From an uncultured Candidatus Bathyarchaeia archaeon (GTDB taxonomy: Archaea > Thermoproteota > Bathyarchaeia > Bathyarchaeales > Bathycorpusculaceae): DNA of 40,499 bases. A program made the translations under genes and the position numbers. Positions within the stretch are counted from its first letter, which is position 1; the number at the start of each line of letters is the position of its first letter. The DNA is taken from contig CAZADP010000001.1 in the NCBI GenBank assembly GCA_964483905.1, positions 1 to 40,499 on the forward strand. Reading direction: 5' to 3'. The notes under the pieces are model-generated. The model saw only the letters and a program-made list of their open reading frames with translations. It had not been told where the DNA came from and ran no database searches. This document shows, piece by piece, positions 13,370-21,963 of this stretch.

Positions 13370-15640
13370 TTGACGAAGCGAATAGCAAATTCTGCGCTGG
13401 CATTAATGTGGTTGTTGCTGTTGACATTTAATGTAGGAGATCAAACGCTGGTAGGGTCGGCTAATACTGGCTTTGATTCGCATGTGGTGGAGACGTCAGA
13501 AAGTTCTGGTAGCGCACCTTTGATTTATATTCTTGTTAATAGCTCAATTTATGGAGATGTGAAGTTTTACGTAGATCGTTACGTGTCTGATGTTAAGAAT
13601 CTGGGGTTTAATGCTACTGTTTTGTCTTTTAGTGGAGGTAGCGATGAAGATGTTAAGGGTATCTTGGTGAATGCCTATTCGAAAGGTTTGGTTGGGTGTC
13701 TTCTCGTTGGCGACATTCCGTGGGCTTATTATGAGATGAGTAATCCAGACCCTTGGGGGGATGAGGTGTTTCCGATAGACCTTTTCTATATGGATTTGGA
13801 TGGCGTTTGGATAGATAGTAATGGTAATGGAAAATATGACCAGCATACAGGTAATCGAACGCCTGAGATATGGGTAGGCAGAATTAAAGCTTCGGGTATG
13901 GCAGAGAGCGAGGTGTCTTTGATACGGAACTACTTTGACAAGAATCATGCCTACAGAACCGGAGTCTTGTCTTTGCCTAATAGAGCCTTGATCTATATCG
14001 ATGATGATCACGAGTTCTACGCTGATGAGGTAGACTCCACTGTTAGCCTCGCCTTTAGCGATCGCACGCTCGTCAAAGACAAGGCAACGACGGAACCTGC
14101 AGATTATCTAAGCCGATTGACCCAGAATTGGAGTCTAGTGCATCTTGTGGTTCATGGAGAACCTGGTTGGCATCAATTCAAAATAAATGATGAGTGGGAC
14201 GGGTATGTTACTTCCTCGGATATTCGGTTAACGGACCCGCACATCTTTTTTTATATTCTGGTCTCATGTTCAAATGCAAGGTATGATAAAGCGGATTATT
14301 TAGGTGGCTGGTATATATTTAGTCATACTTACGGGCTTGCTGCTGCTGGTACAACGAAAATAGGTGGCATGTGGCTTTTAACTGATTTCTACTCAAATTT
14401 AAGGCATGAAACTTTAGGGTATTCATTTCGTGAATGGTTAACACGGCACGTGGCTAATGAAGATGCAAATCCATTAGTCTGGTATGACAAAAAATGGTAT
14501 TATGGAATGACAATTCTCGGAGACCCCACACTGTCTCTAACAACATCAGGCGGTTCATCAACTCTTTCAGTTTATAGTTCACCTTCTGGAGTGACATTTT
14601 CAGTTGATGGCGTATCTCATACTACTCCTTGGTCAGGCACTTATGCAGAGGGTGCTTCAGTTGGTGTGATGATGCCTGAAACCTATAATATTAGTGAAGC
14701 AACGTATCACTGGAGTCAATGGAGTGATGGAGTTAAAAGTCGGTCACGAACAGTTACCATGAATAAAGATGTGACTTTGAAAGGAATTTTTGAACTTGCG
14801 GTTCATGATGTAGCGGTCACGAATGTAACAACATCAGAATCAGTTGTAAAAAAAGGAAACCTAGTAATTATAAATACAATGGTGGAAAACCAAGGAGACT
14901 ATACCGAGACATTCAATGTCACAACATACGCAGCCGCAACAATAATTCAAACAGAAACAATAACCTTAACAGCCGAAAATTCCACCACACTAACCTCAAC
15001 ATGGAATACTTCAAGCTTTGCTGAGGGCGACTACACCATAAGCGCTTATGCTTCGCAATTGCTAGGCGAAACAGACACAACAGACAACACTTTCATAGAC
15101 GGGATAATAACAATTTCAGTCTCCACTCATGACGTTGCCATCTCAGATATCGCATGTCAAAAGGCTGTGGTTGGACAAGGCTATAGCGTACGAATAAACG
15201 TAACTGTCGAAAACCAAGGCATTGTGACAGAAACCTTCAACGTAACCATCCACGCCAACGCAACCTTGATCGAAACAAGCGAGTTAACTCTATCCAAAGG
15301 AAACTCTACCATCATCGCCTTCACATGGAACAGTACAGGCTTTGTTAAAGGCAACTATACAATAAAGGCTGTAGTGTACGTTGTTCCTGGCGAAACCGAT
15401 ACCGATGACAACACGTATGTTAACGGTTGGGTAATAGTTTCAATGATAGGCGACGTAACTGGTCCTGACGGTTGGCCGGATGGCGTATGTGACATGAGGG
15501 ATCTTTCACTGTGTGCTAGTATTTTCGGGTCTTATCCTGGGCATCTAAGATGGAATCCGGTTGCAGACATTAATGCGGACGAAAAAGTGGACATGAAAGA
15601 TGTAAGCATTGTAGCTAAGAATTTTGGAAAAACTGCATAA
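13370..15640 (+). CDS. Secreted peptidase C25 (gingipain-like, clan CD) / 2 CARDB / dockerin protein
   Basis: The start is TTG 13370 after AGGTAGGAGAGAGGAG. It lies 69 nt after the previous stop with no cassette, so it is probably co-transcribed. C25-type landmarks are LLVGDIPW, PEIWVGRI, LVHLVVHGEPG (His codon 14153-14155) and FFYILVSCSNA (Cys codon 14267-14269). Two HDVA CARDB units follow. The dockerin is GDVTGPDGWPDGVCDMRD...ADINADEKVDMKDV. Confidence 0.8.
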   Translation: MTKRIANSALALMWLLLLTFNVGDQTLVGSANTGFDSHVVETSESSGSAPLIYILVNSSIYGDVKFYVDRYVSDVKNLGFNATVLSFSGGSDEDVKGILVNAYSKGLVGCLLVGDIPWAYYEMSNPDPWGDEVFPIDLFYMDLDGVWIDSNGNGKYDQHTGNRTPEIWVGRIKASGMAESEVSLIRNYFDKNHAYRTGVLSLPNRALIYIDDDHEFYADEVDSTVSLAFSDRTLVKDKATTEPADYLSRLTQNWSLVHLVVHGEPGWHQFKINDEWDGYVTSSDIRLTDPHIFFYILVSCSNARYDKADYLGGWYIFSHTYGLAAAGTTKIGGMWLLTDFYSNLRHETLGYSFREWLTRHVANEDANPLVWYDKKWYYGMTILGDPTLSLTTSGGSSTLSVYSSPSGVTFSVDGVSHTTPWSGTYAEGASVGVMMPETYNISEATYHWSQWSDGVKSRSRTVTMNKDVTLKGIFELAVHDVAVTNVTTSESVVKKGNLVIINTMVENQGDYTETFNVTTYAAATIIQTETITLTAENSTTLTSTWNTSSFAEGDYTISAYASQLLGETDTTDNTFIDGIITISVSTHDVAISDIACQKAVVGQGYSVRINVTVENQGIVTETFNVTIHANATLIETSELTLSKGNSTIIAFTWNSTGFVKGNYTIKAVVYVVPGETDTDDNTYVNGWVIVSMIGDVTGPDGWPDGVCDMRDLSLCASIFGSYPGHLRWNPVADINADEKVDMKDVSIVAKNFGKTA

Positions 15641-15789
15641 CAACCTTGTGCACTAATATCGAAAAGAGTTCTTTGTTTGGTTATTTCTGTGATGCTTACA
15701 TGAGAATTTGCGCCCCTACAAGCAAGCTTAAGCTGTTACGTCCGTGGATAAACGACAGCAATAGAATTCTGCAGATACGGCGGTGAAGA

Positions 15790-15798
15790 GTTAAATAG
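15790..15798 (+). promoter_or_regulatory. TATA-like box (GTTAAATAG) for the 15819 gene; not a full copy of the shared cassette
   Basis: It sits about 25-35 nt upstream of the candidate starts TTG 15819 and ATG 15828/15831. Confidence 0.3.
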
Positions 15799-15818
15799 AT
15801 GTTTTGAGAAAAGATTAG

Positions 15819-16574
15819 TTGGTGTTGATGATGAGTCTGGCTGAGAAGGTGTTTGTTTGTGTGTTTATGTTCTTGATGTTTTCTGCGTTTTTCGTTACAT
15901 CGCAGGCGTTCAACGATCCGTCAACTGTGGCTACAGTTTATGTGCATCCGAAGGAATTAAAAGTCCATGTTGGCGAAGTCTTCAAAATATTCATCAATAT
16001 TCGTGACGTGTCGGGTCTGCAGGCATTCGACTTCATGCTGAAGTATAACACTTCTTTCTTAGACTGCTTAGCGTTAGAGGAAGGAACTTTTCTGTCCGAT
16101 GTTAATCACACTTTTGTAGCTGTGCGACAGATAAATGATACGTATGATGGGACTTGGGGGAGGGTTTGGTTGGCGGTGGCGATTTATGGACAGGGATCGG
16201 CTGACGGCAATGGGACTCTTGCAATCGTCACTTTCAAGGCAACTGAAGTGGGTGAATCCGTTTTGGACCTTTACTCTGACTGTCCTTACAGGACGGACAA
16301 GATTAAGCTTTTCACGTGTTGTAGCGAATCTATTGAAAATACAGCCTTAGACGGCCATGTTATTGACGACCCAGTCTCGCCAGCTGATCCGCTTGTTGGA
16401 GACGTGAACCACGACGGAATCGTGGACATGAAAGACATCAACATGATTGCGAATGTTTACGGAACGAAGAAAGGAGACTCCGAATACGTTTCAAGTTTAG
16501 ATTTGGACCAAGACGGTGCAATAAAACTCTCCGACATGCTCATAGCCGCGCAACAATTTGGGCAGAAAGCTTGA
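15819..16574 (+). CDS. Small adaptor: signal peptide, one cohesin, one double dockerin
   Basis: The cohesin pattern is ATVYVHPKELKVHVGEVFKIFINIRDVSGLQAFDFMLKYNTSFLDCLALEEGTFL...GNGTLAIVTFKATEVGESVLDL. The dockerin is GDVNHDGIVDMKDINMIANVYG...LDLDQDGAIKLSDMLIAAQQFG. The start may be ATG 15828 or 15831 rather than TTG 15819. Confidence 0.8.
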   Translation: MVLMMSLAEKVFVCVFMFLMFSAFFVTSQAFNDPSTVATVYVHPKELKVHVGEVFKIFINIRDVSGLQAFDFMLKYNTSFLDCLALEEGTFLSDVNHTFVAVRQINDTYDGTWGRVWLAVAIYGQGSADGNGTLAIVTFKATEVGESVLDLYSDCPYRTDKIKLFTCCSESIENTALDGHVIDDPVSPADPLVGDVNHDGIVDMKDINMIANVYGTKKGDSEYVSSLDLDQDGAIKLSDMLIAAQQFGQKA

Positions 16575-16770
16575 ACACACTCTGTACTCAGGCGACATAA
16601 ACGCGAATGCAATGATATGCTTGACTCTAATGAGTGCTTCTTGAATTCTATTGGCTTCATTAAAAAGCCTGAGAAAGCTGGGAACCTTAAAGAGCGCATC
16701 AAGCATGTGTTTCTGTAGCAAATCTTTGTCGGATTGAATATGCACTGAACTTTCGGTTGTAGTTTTCGAA

Positions 16771-16799
16771 TAGAAGATAATTCCGGATAACTTAAATAT
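16771..16799 (+). promoter_or_regulatory. Copy 4 of the shared promoter cassette
   Basis: The sequence is TAGAAGATAATTCCGGATAACTTAAATAT. It sits 61 nt upstream of ATG 16861, with the leader AAAAGGAGAAAGGAAAGGAGACGGAAAG in between. Confidence 0.7.
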
Positions 16800-16860
16800 C
16801 TGAAGCGTAAACTTATATATTGCCTAAAAGGCAAAAGGAGAAAGGAAAGGAGACGGAAAG

Positions 16861-18273
16861 ATGAAAAAGAGTATTCTAGCGACACTGTTAAGCCTATTAA
16901 TGCTGATACCTATAGCTTCTGTTGGTGCTTTCTATTGTCCACCTCCAGGTCCAACGCCCCCAGTTCAGAAACCAACGTGGTTCATCACCATAAACGAGAA
17001 AGGCGGCGATTGCGTATGGTACAACTTCACAGAGCTGAAGGACGGCAAATGCTCGAACTTCACGGTTGAGGTGTCAATTCTCAAGGGGACAGCACCACTT
17101 GACTTGTACGGGTACGAGTTCACGCTAGACTGGTCGTACGACTACTTCGATCTTATAGATTATGACTATGAGACATATGCAAAGCAAATGTGGGGAGTAG
17201 GCAACTACTTCGTAGTGGAGCCAAGCAAGGACTACCGACATTTGCATTATTACAAGCAGGCTATATCAGCTCAGTCCCCTGCAGAGGGCTACGACGACAG
17301 CCACGTGGTTGTGAAGCTGAAGTTCCACATGAAGGAAGACGTATGCTGGTGCCATGAGTATTATAAAGAAGGCTATATTTGGGTTTGCAATGACAAGCTG
17401 TTTGACTCCTGCGGTGTAGAGATATGGGATCATTTGCATATCGATGCAAAGTGGCGATACTATGCGGTTCAACCTAAGGTATACATAATGCCAGACAGTT
17501 TTGTTAACTGTAGGGTTTACGACAAGGAAAACTGTGTAGATCCCGGAACATTCGTTTTGACTGTGTGGGTCGCAAACGTAACGAAGATGGCAAGCCTGAA
17601 ATTCGATCTCTATTGGAACATGTATCACAACACACACCACGAGGACTTTTGGTCAGTGCTAATCAACTATACCAAGGTAGAAGTCAACCCAGACAAGTTT
17701 CCAGCCGCCAAATTCGCAGTAACTGTAACTTCGTTTGACGGCGTCCCACCCGAGATGGGAGTGAAAGTCAGAATCGAGAACAAAACAAAGCTGGGGTTCT
17801 GCGAACTACTCAGGGGCAACTTCTGGGCGGTGAAAATCACATTCAAGAAGCTTGACCCATGGGCCGGGCCCCCGGGGCAGGGTAGACAGCCTCCATACGA
17901 GGATAAGAAATTATGCTGGACACCTAAAAATGCATCAACAGACATATGGTTCCAATCTGGCTTCATTGATGTTTATTGTCCAGAGAAATGCTTTATAGAG
18001 TTCGGCAAGTTCTTTGGCCCGTCGGAGGATTTGAAGGGCAAATTATGCAGGGCTCTGTATGCAGGGTCCAAGTACACTCTCAAGCCGATTGCAGGAGACC
18101 TTGACGGAGACGGAGACGTAGACCTAAGAGACTTGATGATCATATGCAAGTTCTATCACGCACCATTTGCGGTTTTCCCGAACTACTACTACGACATTAA
18201 CGAGGACAGTACTATCGACATAGGCGACGTAGTGGTTGTTGCCAAGAACTACGGCAAGAAATGCATAGAATAG
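16861..18273 (+). CDS. Cys-rich secreted protein with two divergent cohesin-like modules and a C-terminal dockerin
   Basis: The signal peptide is MKKSILATLLSLLMLIPIASVGA. The cohesin-like strands are FTVEVSILKGTAPLDLYGYEFTLDWSYDYFDLIDYD...VVVKLKFHMK and FVLTVWVANVTKMASLKFDLYWN...FWAVKITFKK. The dockerin is GDLDGDGDVDLRDLMIICKFY...YDINEDSTIDIGDVVVVAKNYG. Confidence 0.7.
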   Translation: MKKSILATLLSLLMLIPIASVGAFYCPPPGPTPPVQKPTWFITINEKGGDCVWYNFTELKDGKCSNFTVEVSILKGTAPLDLYGYEFTLDWSYDYFDLIDYDYETYAKQMWGVGNYFVVEPSKDYRHLHYYKQAISAQSPAEGYDDSHVVVKLKFHMKEDVCWCHEYYKEGYIWVCNDKLFDSCGVEIWDHLHIDAKWRYYAVQPKVYIMPDSFVNCRVYDKENCVDPGTFVLTVWVANVTKMASLKFDLYWNMYHNTHHEDFWSVLINYTKVEVNPDKFPAAKFAVTVTSFDGVPPEMGVKVRIENKTKLGFCELLRGNFWAVKITFKKLDPWAGPPGQGRQPPYEDKKLCWTPKNASTDIWFQSGFIDVYCPEKCFIEFGKFFGPSEDLKGKLCRALYAGSKYTLKPIAGDLDGDGDVDLRDLMIICKFYHAPFAVFPNYYYDINEDSTIDIGDVVVVAKNYGKKCIE

Positions 18274-18310
18274 GCTAAAAACAGAGTGCAACACGCGATC
18301 ATTTCCCCTA

Positions 18311-18317
18311 TTTTTTT
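18311..18317 (+). terminator. Oligo-T (T7) terminator candidate after the 16861..18273 gene
   Basis: The TTTTTTT run lies 38 nt after the stop codon. Archaeal RNA polymerase terminates at oligo-T tracts. Confidence 0.5.
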
Positions 18318-18365
18318 ATAAGTCTAAGAACAAACCAAATTTTGAAAAAAGAAAAAAGTTCGGTT

Positions 18366-18543
18366 GTGCATGCTTAAGTTCGAAAGGACTAGGAGACGGA
18401 AGATGCAAACTTAAGCACGCTATTACATTGTACAGTCGAAGCCTATATAAAAGGTTCCGAACCTTTACAAAACCGTTAACCGTACCTAACGAGTTAACAA
18501 TTAACGAAGGATTAAGTTTAGATCCAGGGTGAAAGATTTAACT
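18366..18543. repeat. Structured direct repeat, copy A (~178 nt): 13-bp imperfect hairpin, TATA-like box, short palindrome
   Basis: It aligns with 20297..20479. The hairpin arms are 18368-18380 and 18408-18420 (GCATGCTTAAGTT / AACTTAAGCACGC, one mismatch). The loop carries AGGAGACGGAAGATG. TATATAAAA is at 18444-18452 and AAGGTT-CCG-AACCTT is at 18451-18465. A-runs at 18345-18357 read as T6-C-T6 on the minus strand. Confidence 0.8.
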
Positions 18544-18560
18544 TCCTTCTCGGCGATGCT

Positions 18561-19676
18561 TCAAAGAATACGCCGGTATTCTCTGTTTGAATGCACAGTC
18601 ACTTCTGTAGACACACAAGTTTTAATGCCGAAACTCATTTCAAACTGTCTAACTGATGAAATCACTACGACTTCCAAGTCATCTCTGACAAACAGAGGAA
18701 AGGAAAAGCCGCCGTTCTTCGAACCTAATCCGATTGTTTCAGTAAAAACCACATTTCCCCCTTCAGAAGGATACCAAACTAGGCGCCCTTTCCAATCCGG
18801 GTCCTCTCCCACTTCTTCCATAGTTTTAGAAACAGCGTCTGACACTGTGTCTTTTTCAGCAATTAAGTGTTGAAGAAAATGGATGACTGAAACGTCCGAG
18901 TGTTCTATGGAAACAGGTCCTGTCCAGCCAATGCATAGCTTTGCTCCTTTTTCAATGAAGGCTTCAGCCATGCTGGGGTTCATCAAAGTCTCACACCCCA
19001 TCATAACAACAACTGCATTCTTAAAGTCACCATTCATGGCCCTGACAAAATTTGGAAATATTCCGAAATATTCCGGTGAACCTTCCTCCACCCTAACCTT
19101 CGCAAGCCCATCAGCCATAATATCGCCGAGATAAGTCGTAGAAGCTTTGGAGTCACTCCATTTTTCATTGGTGAAGAGAACAATGTCCCCGGTTTCGAGG
19201 GAAATGGCGGAGTGCGCCCTCAAAATTATAAAGCTGAAACCCCGCGAAGCAAGTCCTCTGTAAAAATCCACAGTGGCAAAACCCCCTTGGACATAAAATG
19301 TTCTTAATTCTTCCTGTTTAAAGATGGACCTTGCAGTATGCCAGAACGTCGTGTTTGGATACGTAACGCTCAACTGGTCAATGATCACCGCTTCACCTGC
19401 ACCTTCATGATTCGAGACATTAGAACGTTGAAACATATAGACCAATAAGACCACAAGCAACAAAAGAAAAGCCAGCCCGTAAATTATCCACCTCACCCTT
19501 TTCTTCTTCCCTCTTATCCCATGTTTCTTCAACGTTTCAACTCCCCAACCAGACACCTGCAAACACGTTTTTCTCAGATTAGAATATTCCAACGGAAAAG
19601 TATTAACTTTACGTCGTGCTACTTTTATGCACACATTAAAAGCATGAAAATAACTACATCTGCGGATTGAAGGCAT
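18561..19676 (-). CDS. Membrane-anchored protein with an extracytoplasmic domain; candidate clan-CD-like His/Cys fold
   Basis: The coordinates give the maximal ORF. The likely start is TTG 19532 (MKKHGIRGKKKRVRW + TM IIYGLAFLLLLVVLLVYMF) or GTG 19556. Strand-then-catalytic-residue patterns are FSFIILRAHSA and AVVVMMGCETL, followed by IEKGAKLCIGWTGPVS, as in C25/C11-type peptidases. The family assignment is weak. Confidence 0.55.
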   Translation of the reverse strand: MPSIRRCSYFHAFNVCIKVARRKVNTFPLEYSNLRKTCLQVSGWGVETLKKHGIRGKKKRVRWIIYGLAFLLLLVVLLVYMFQRSNVSNHEGAGEAVIIDQLSVTYPNTTFWHTARSIFKQEELRTFYVQGGFATVDFYRGLASRGFSFIILRAHSAISLETGDIVLFTNEKWSDSKASTTYLGDIMADGLAKVRVEEGSPEYFGIFPNFVRAMNGDFKNAVVVMMGCETLMNPSMAEAFIEKGAKLCIGWTGPVSIEHSDVSVIHFLQHLIAEKDTVSDAVSKTMEEVGEDPDWKGRLVWYPSEGGNVVFTETIGLGSKNGGFSFPLFVRDDLEVVVISSVRQFEMSFGIKTCVSTEVTVHSNREYRRIL

Positions 19677-19929
19677 TCTCCTATTATCTTATATTTTGTT
19701 CAGTCAGCTCATAGAGCGCTTCAATCAACCGGATTTCAGGTTTCAAACAAATAGCACCCGCTGGAAGCCAACTAATAAACGCCATAGCAACAACCGTTCG
19801 GGAAGTACAGTCCAGCGTATAAGGGCTTTGACTGAATTGTTAGCACTCAGCGAACAACCCACGCAGATGCTTATGGTGATGGAATAGACAACTATGGAGC
19901 TTTTCCAATGAACCTTGGACCCAAGATAA

Positions 19930-20091
19930 ATCAGTTTTGGTCTGCAATGGCACTTTGTAAATGCCCCCGTTGGTGATGTTTGGGTTCCAATAAACAAGTT
20001 CCAGCTACTAGCCCCATGGATCAGCTTAGCTTCATTAATAACAGTAGCCACAGTATCCATTATCTATGTTATACACAGAAAGAAACAATAA
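19930..20091 (+). pseudogene. Orphan 3' remnant of a surface-protein gene: only the WVPINK-type C-terminal sorting signal survives
   Basis: The frame is open from 19930 with no start codon. It reads ISFGLQWHFVNAPVGDVWVPINKFQLLAPWISLASLITVATVSIIYVIHRKKQ, then TAA at 20089-20091. Upstream frames are broken by stops. TGGGT[CT]CCAATAAA[TC]AAGTT[AC]CAG is shared with 9175-9199. Confidence 0.6.
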
Positions 20092-20296
20092 AACTAAACC
20101 CTCACTTTTTGTCGAAACGAACACCTTTAAACGCAACAGAACTTCACTTTTTTATTCTTATATTCTCACAGCGTCCTTAAGACCACAAAGCTGGAGCCTC
20201 CCACGGAAGCACACACTAATTAGCCAAAATTGGAGCGTAACACTTGTCTCCACCTTTTAGGAACGGAAACTGTCAACTGAATGTTAAGAAAAATTA

Positions 20297-20479
20297 GTGC
20301 ATGCTCAAGTTCGAAAGGAGCAGGAGACGGAGACATGATGTCAAACTTAAGCACGCTACTACAATCATGGCTGAAGACTATATAAAAGGTTGCGAACCTT
20401 TACAAAACCGTAAACAGTGTTCAAAAAGCTAAAGATTAACAAAGCATTAAAACATAGATTTAAAGTAAAAGATTTAACT
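20297..20479. repeat. Structured direct repeat, copy B (~183 nt)
   Basis: It aligns with 18366..18543. The hairpin arms are 20299-20311 and 20344-20356. TATATAAAA is at 20379-20387 and AAGGTT-GCG-AACCTT is at 20386-20400; the stem is kept while the loop differs. It lies upstream of the ArsR-type regulator gene. Confidence 0.8.
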
Positions 20480-20520
20480 ATTCGTTATGGTTCTAACAAA
20501 GATGTACTAGCGGACCGAAC

Positions 20521-21060
20521 GTGATAAAATTGGGCAATTCAAAGTCGGAAACTGATCCCTGGAAGCTCTTACATATTTTCGAGAATAGAATGCGAGTGGA
20601 AATATTAAAGTTACTCTTGGAGTTCGAATGGAGATCCCTATCAGACATCGCCAAAAAAATGGAACACGATCTTAACTGGAAAATGACACTTCCAGCACTT
20701 CTCAAACACATGAAAGAATTAGAGAGAGCTGGAATAGTCCGACATGAATCAGGAATCTTCGCAGAAAAACCAGACGCCAGAAAAACAATGTATCTGCTAG
20801 AAGGAAAAGAAAGAGTCGAAAAAATCCTACAGCAGCTAGAACAGAATGTGAAAAACCCGTTACAGGCTGGAGTAATATTTTACGAGACAGCTGATCTGGC
20901 ACGTGAAATTCAAAGAATGAGCTCCAGAATGGCTACAGAAGAAAGAAAACGCCTCGAATCTCTTCTTGCCCAATGCGAATCAGAAAAAGTTTTTCCATAC
21001 CTAACAGAAGATGAGAAAAAGAAAATAAAGCTCTGGAGAATGATGTTGAGGATTCTATGA
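20521..21060 (+). CDS. ArsR-family winged-helix transcription regulator with a C-terminal coiled/charged extension
   Basis: The start is GTG. The wHTH region is KLLHIFENRMRVEILKLLLEFEWRSLSDIAKKMEHDLNWKMTLPALLKHMKELERAGIVRHE (the typical R.xIL.LL ... L.xH...L..AG.v pattern). Confidence 0.75.
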   Translation: MIKLGNSKSETDPWKLLHIFENRMRVEILKLLLEFEWRSLSDIAKKMEHDLNWKMTLPALLKHMKELERAGIVRHESGIFAEKPDARKTMYLLEGKERVEKILQQLEQNVKNPLQAGVIFYETADLAREIQRMSSRMATEERKRLESLLAQCESEKVFPYLTEDEKKKIKLWRMMLRIL

Positions 21061-21087
21061 GGCCAATCGCCAAAGACTGCTTTCAGC

Positions 21088-21912
21088 TTACAACTTAAAC
21101 GATCTAGTTATTTCCTCAATTAGCTTCACAGCATCTTCCTTTTCAGGCTTTGGGAGCTCACTCAGAAGAGAAGTAGCTATCTGATCAATACTCTTCGCGA
21201 ACAGATCTCCGCGAAATCTTTGGTAAGCCAAAAAAGCCTTTTTGGAGCCTACTTCCCCATACGATTTTGAAACCTTCGGATCTTCTATCACTTTTGCAAT
21301 ACAAGGAATTTCCAGAAGATCTGCAAGGTCCTTCACAAATTCATCGGTGAACTTACTAGAAGTCTTAATCCTATTCAACACAAAACCCAAAGGAACAGAT
21401 TTCAGGAAGTATCTTCCCAACCGAATAGTATCTATAGCGGATTCAACACATAAAACAAACTCGTCCTCAGTTAAAATGATGATAAAATATTCACACACTC
21501 CCAGCGACAAAAATGCAGCTTCGCCTAAAGGAAAGGGAACATCAATGAGCATAAAATCAGCTTCTAAACCTGAAAGTTTCCTTGCAAATTTAACCGCGTC
21601 TACATCAAAGTACTGCTGCAAGGAAACGCCTGAAGGTATTAGAAACAAACCATTGATCATTGTAGGATACACTGCCTTCTCAATTTCAACGTCTTTCGCC
21701 ACAATCTCATCAAGCTTGAATCCATTGTTAGGAACATCTACCCCAAGAATCGTCTGCAAAGGACGGTTTGGATCACCCTCAATCAAAACAACCTTCTTAC
21801 CTTTATCAGCTAAGGCAGCACCCACATTAGCCGTCATGAGAGACTTACCAACACCGCCTTTAGAAACAGCAAAGGTGATTGACCTCATTACGCATCCCAT
21901 ATGTCTAATCAC
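21088..21912 (-). CDS. MinD/ParA-family P-loop ATPase
   Basis: The deviant Walker A is FAVSKGGVGKS. VVLIEGDPN and the Walker B-like FMLIDVPFP are also present. The start is probably ATG 21888 (MRSITFAV...) rather than 21912. It lies 51 nt downstream of, and co-directional with, the beta-helix/coiled-coil gene. Confidence 0.8.
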   Translation of the reverse strand: MIRHMGCVMRSITFAVSKGGVGKSLMTANVGAALADKGKKVVLIEGDPNRPLQTILGVDVPNNGFKLDEIVAKDVEIEKAVYPTMINGLFLIPSGVSLQQYFDVDAVKFARKLSGLEADFMLIDVPFPLGEAAFLSLGVCEYFIIILTEDEFVLCVESAIDTIRLGRYFLKSVPLGFVLNRIKTSSKFTDEFVKDLADLLEIPCIAKVIEDPKVSKSYGEVGSKKAFLAYQRFRGDLFAKSIDQIATSLLSELPKPEKEDAVKLIEEITRSFKL

Positions 21913-21963
21913 TAAGAGGATAAAAATGTAGGCGGATTATTAACCAAATGGTAAATGATATAC

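Noticed and set aside
15762-15798. A cassette-like sequence upstream of the 15819 cohesin gene (TAGAATTCTGCAGA ... GTTAAATAG).
   Set aside because: The spacing between the TAGAA word and the TATA-like box is ~8 nt longer than in the eight aligned copies, and the core is not conserved. Only the TATA-like box was kept, at low confidence.
18529-18873. The + strand 114-aa ORF downstream of repeat copy A.
   Set aside because: It is entirely antisense to the much longer 371-aa minus-strand ORF, has a low-complexity Ser/Thr/Pro composition, and shows no motif.
20333-20376. Box C/D sRNA-like motifs in repeat copy B (ATGATGT ... CTGA).
   Set aside because: The spacing is too short for a C/D-C'/D' unit, and neither box is conserved in copy A.
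18366-20479. The segment bracketed by direct repeats A and B could be a mobile element.
   Set aside because: There is no transposase, integrase or recombinase ORF, and the repeats are direct with internal promoter-like features rather than terminal inverted repeats. I kept it as a repeat/regulatory finding instead.
21242-21931. The + strand 229-aa ORF, and other track ORFs nested inside large genes (for example 3252..3617, 8566..8883, 13544..14011, 17266..17640, 25368..25631, 27831..28154, 29881..30345, 36195..36539).
   Set aside because: Each is antisense or out of frame inside a long ORF that carries recognisable domain motifs. These are typical shadow ORFs.
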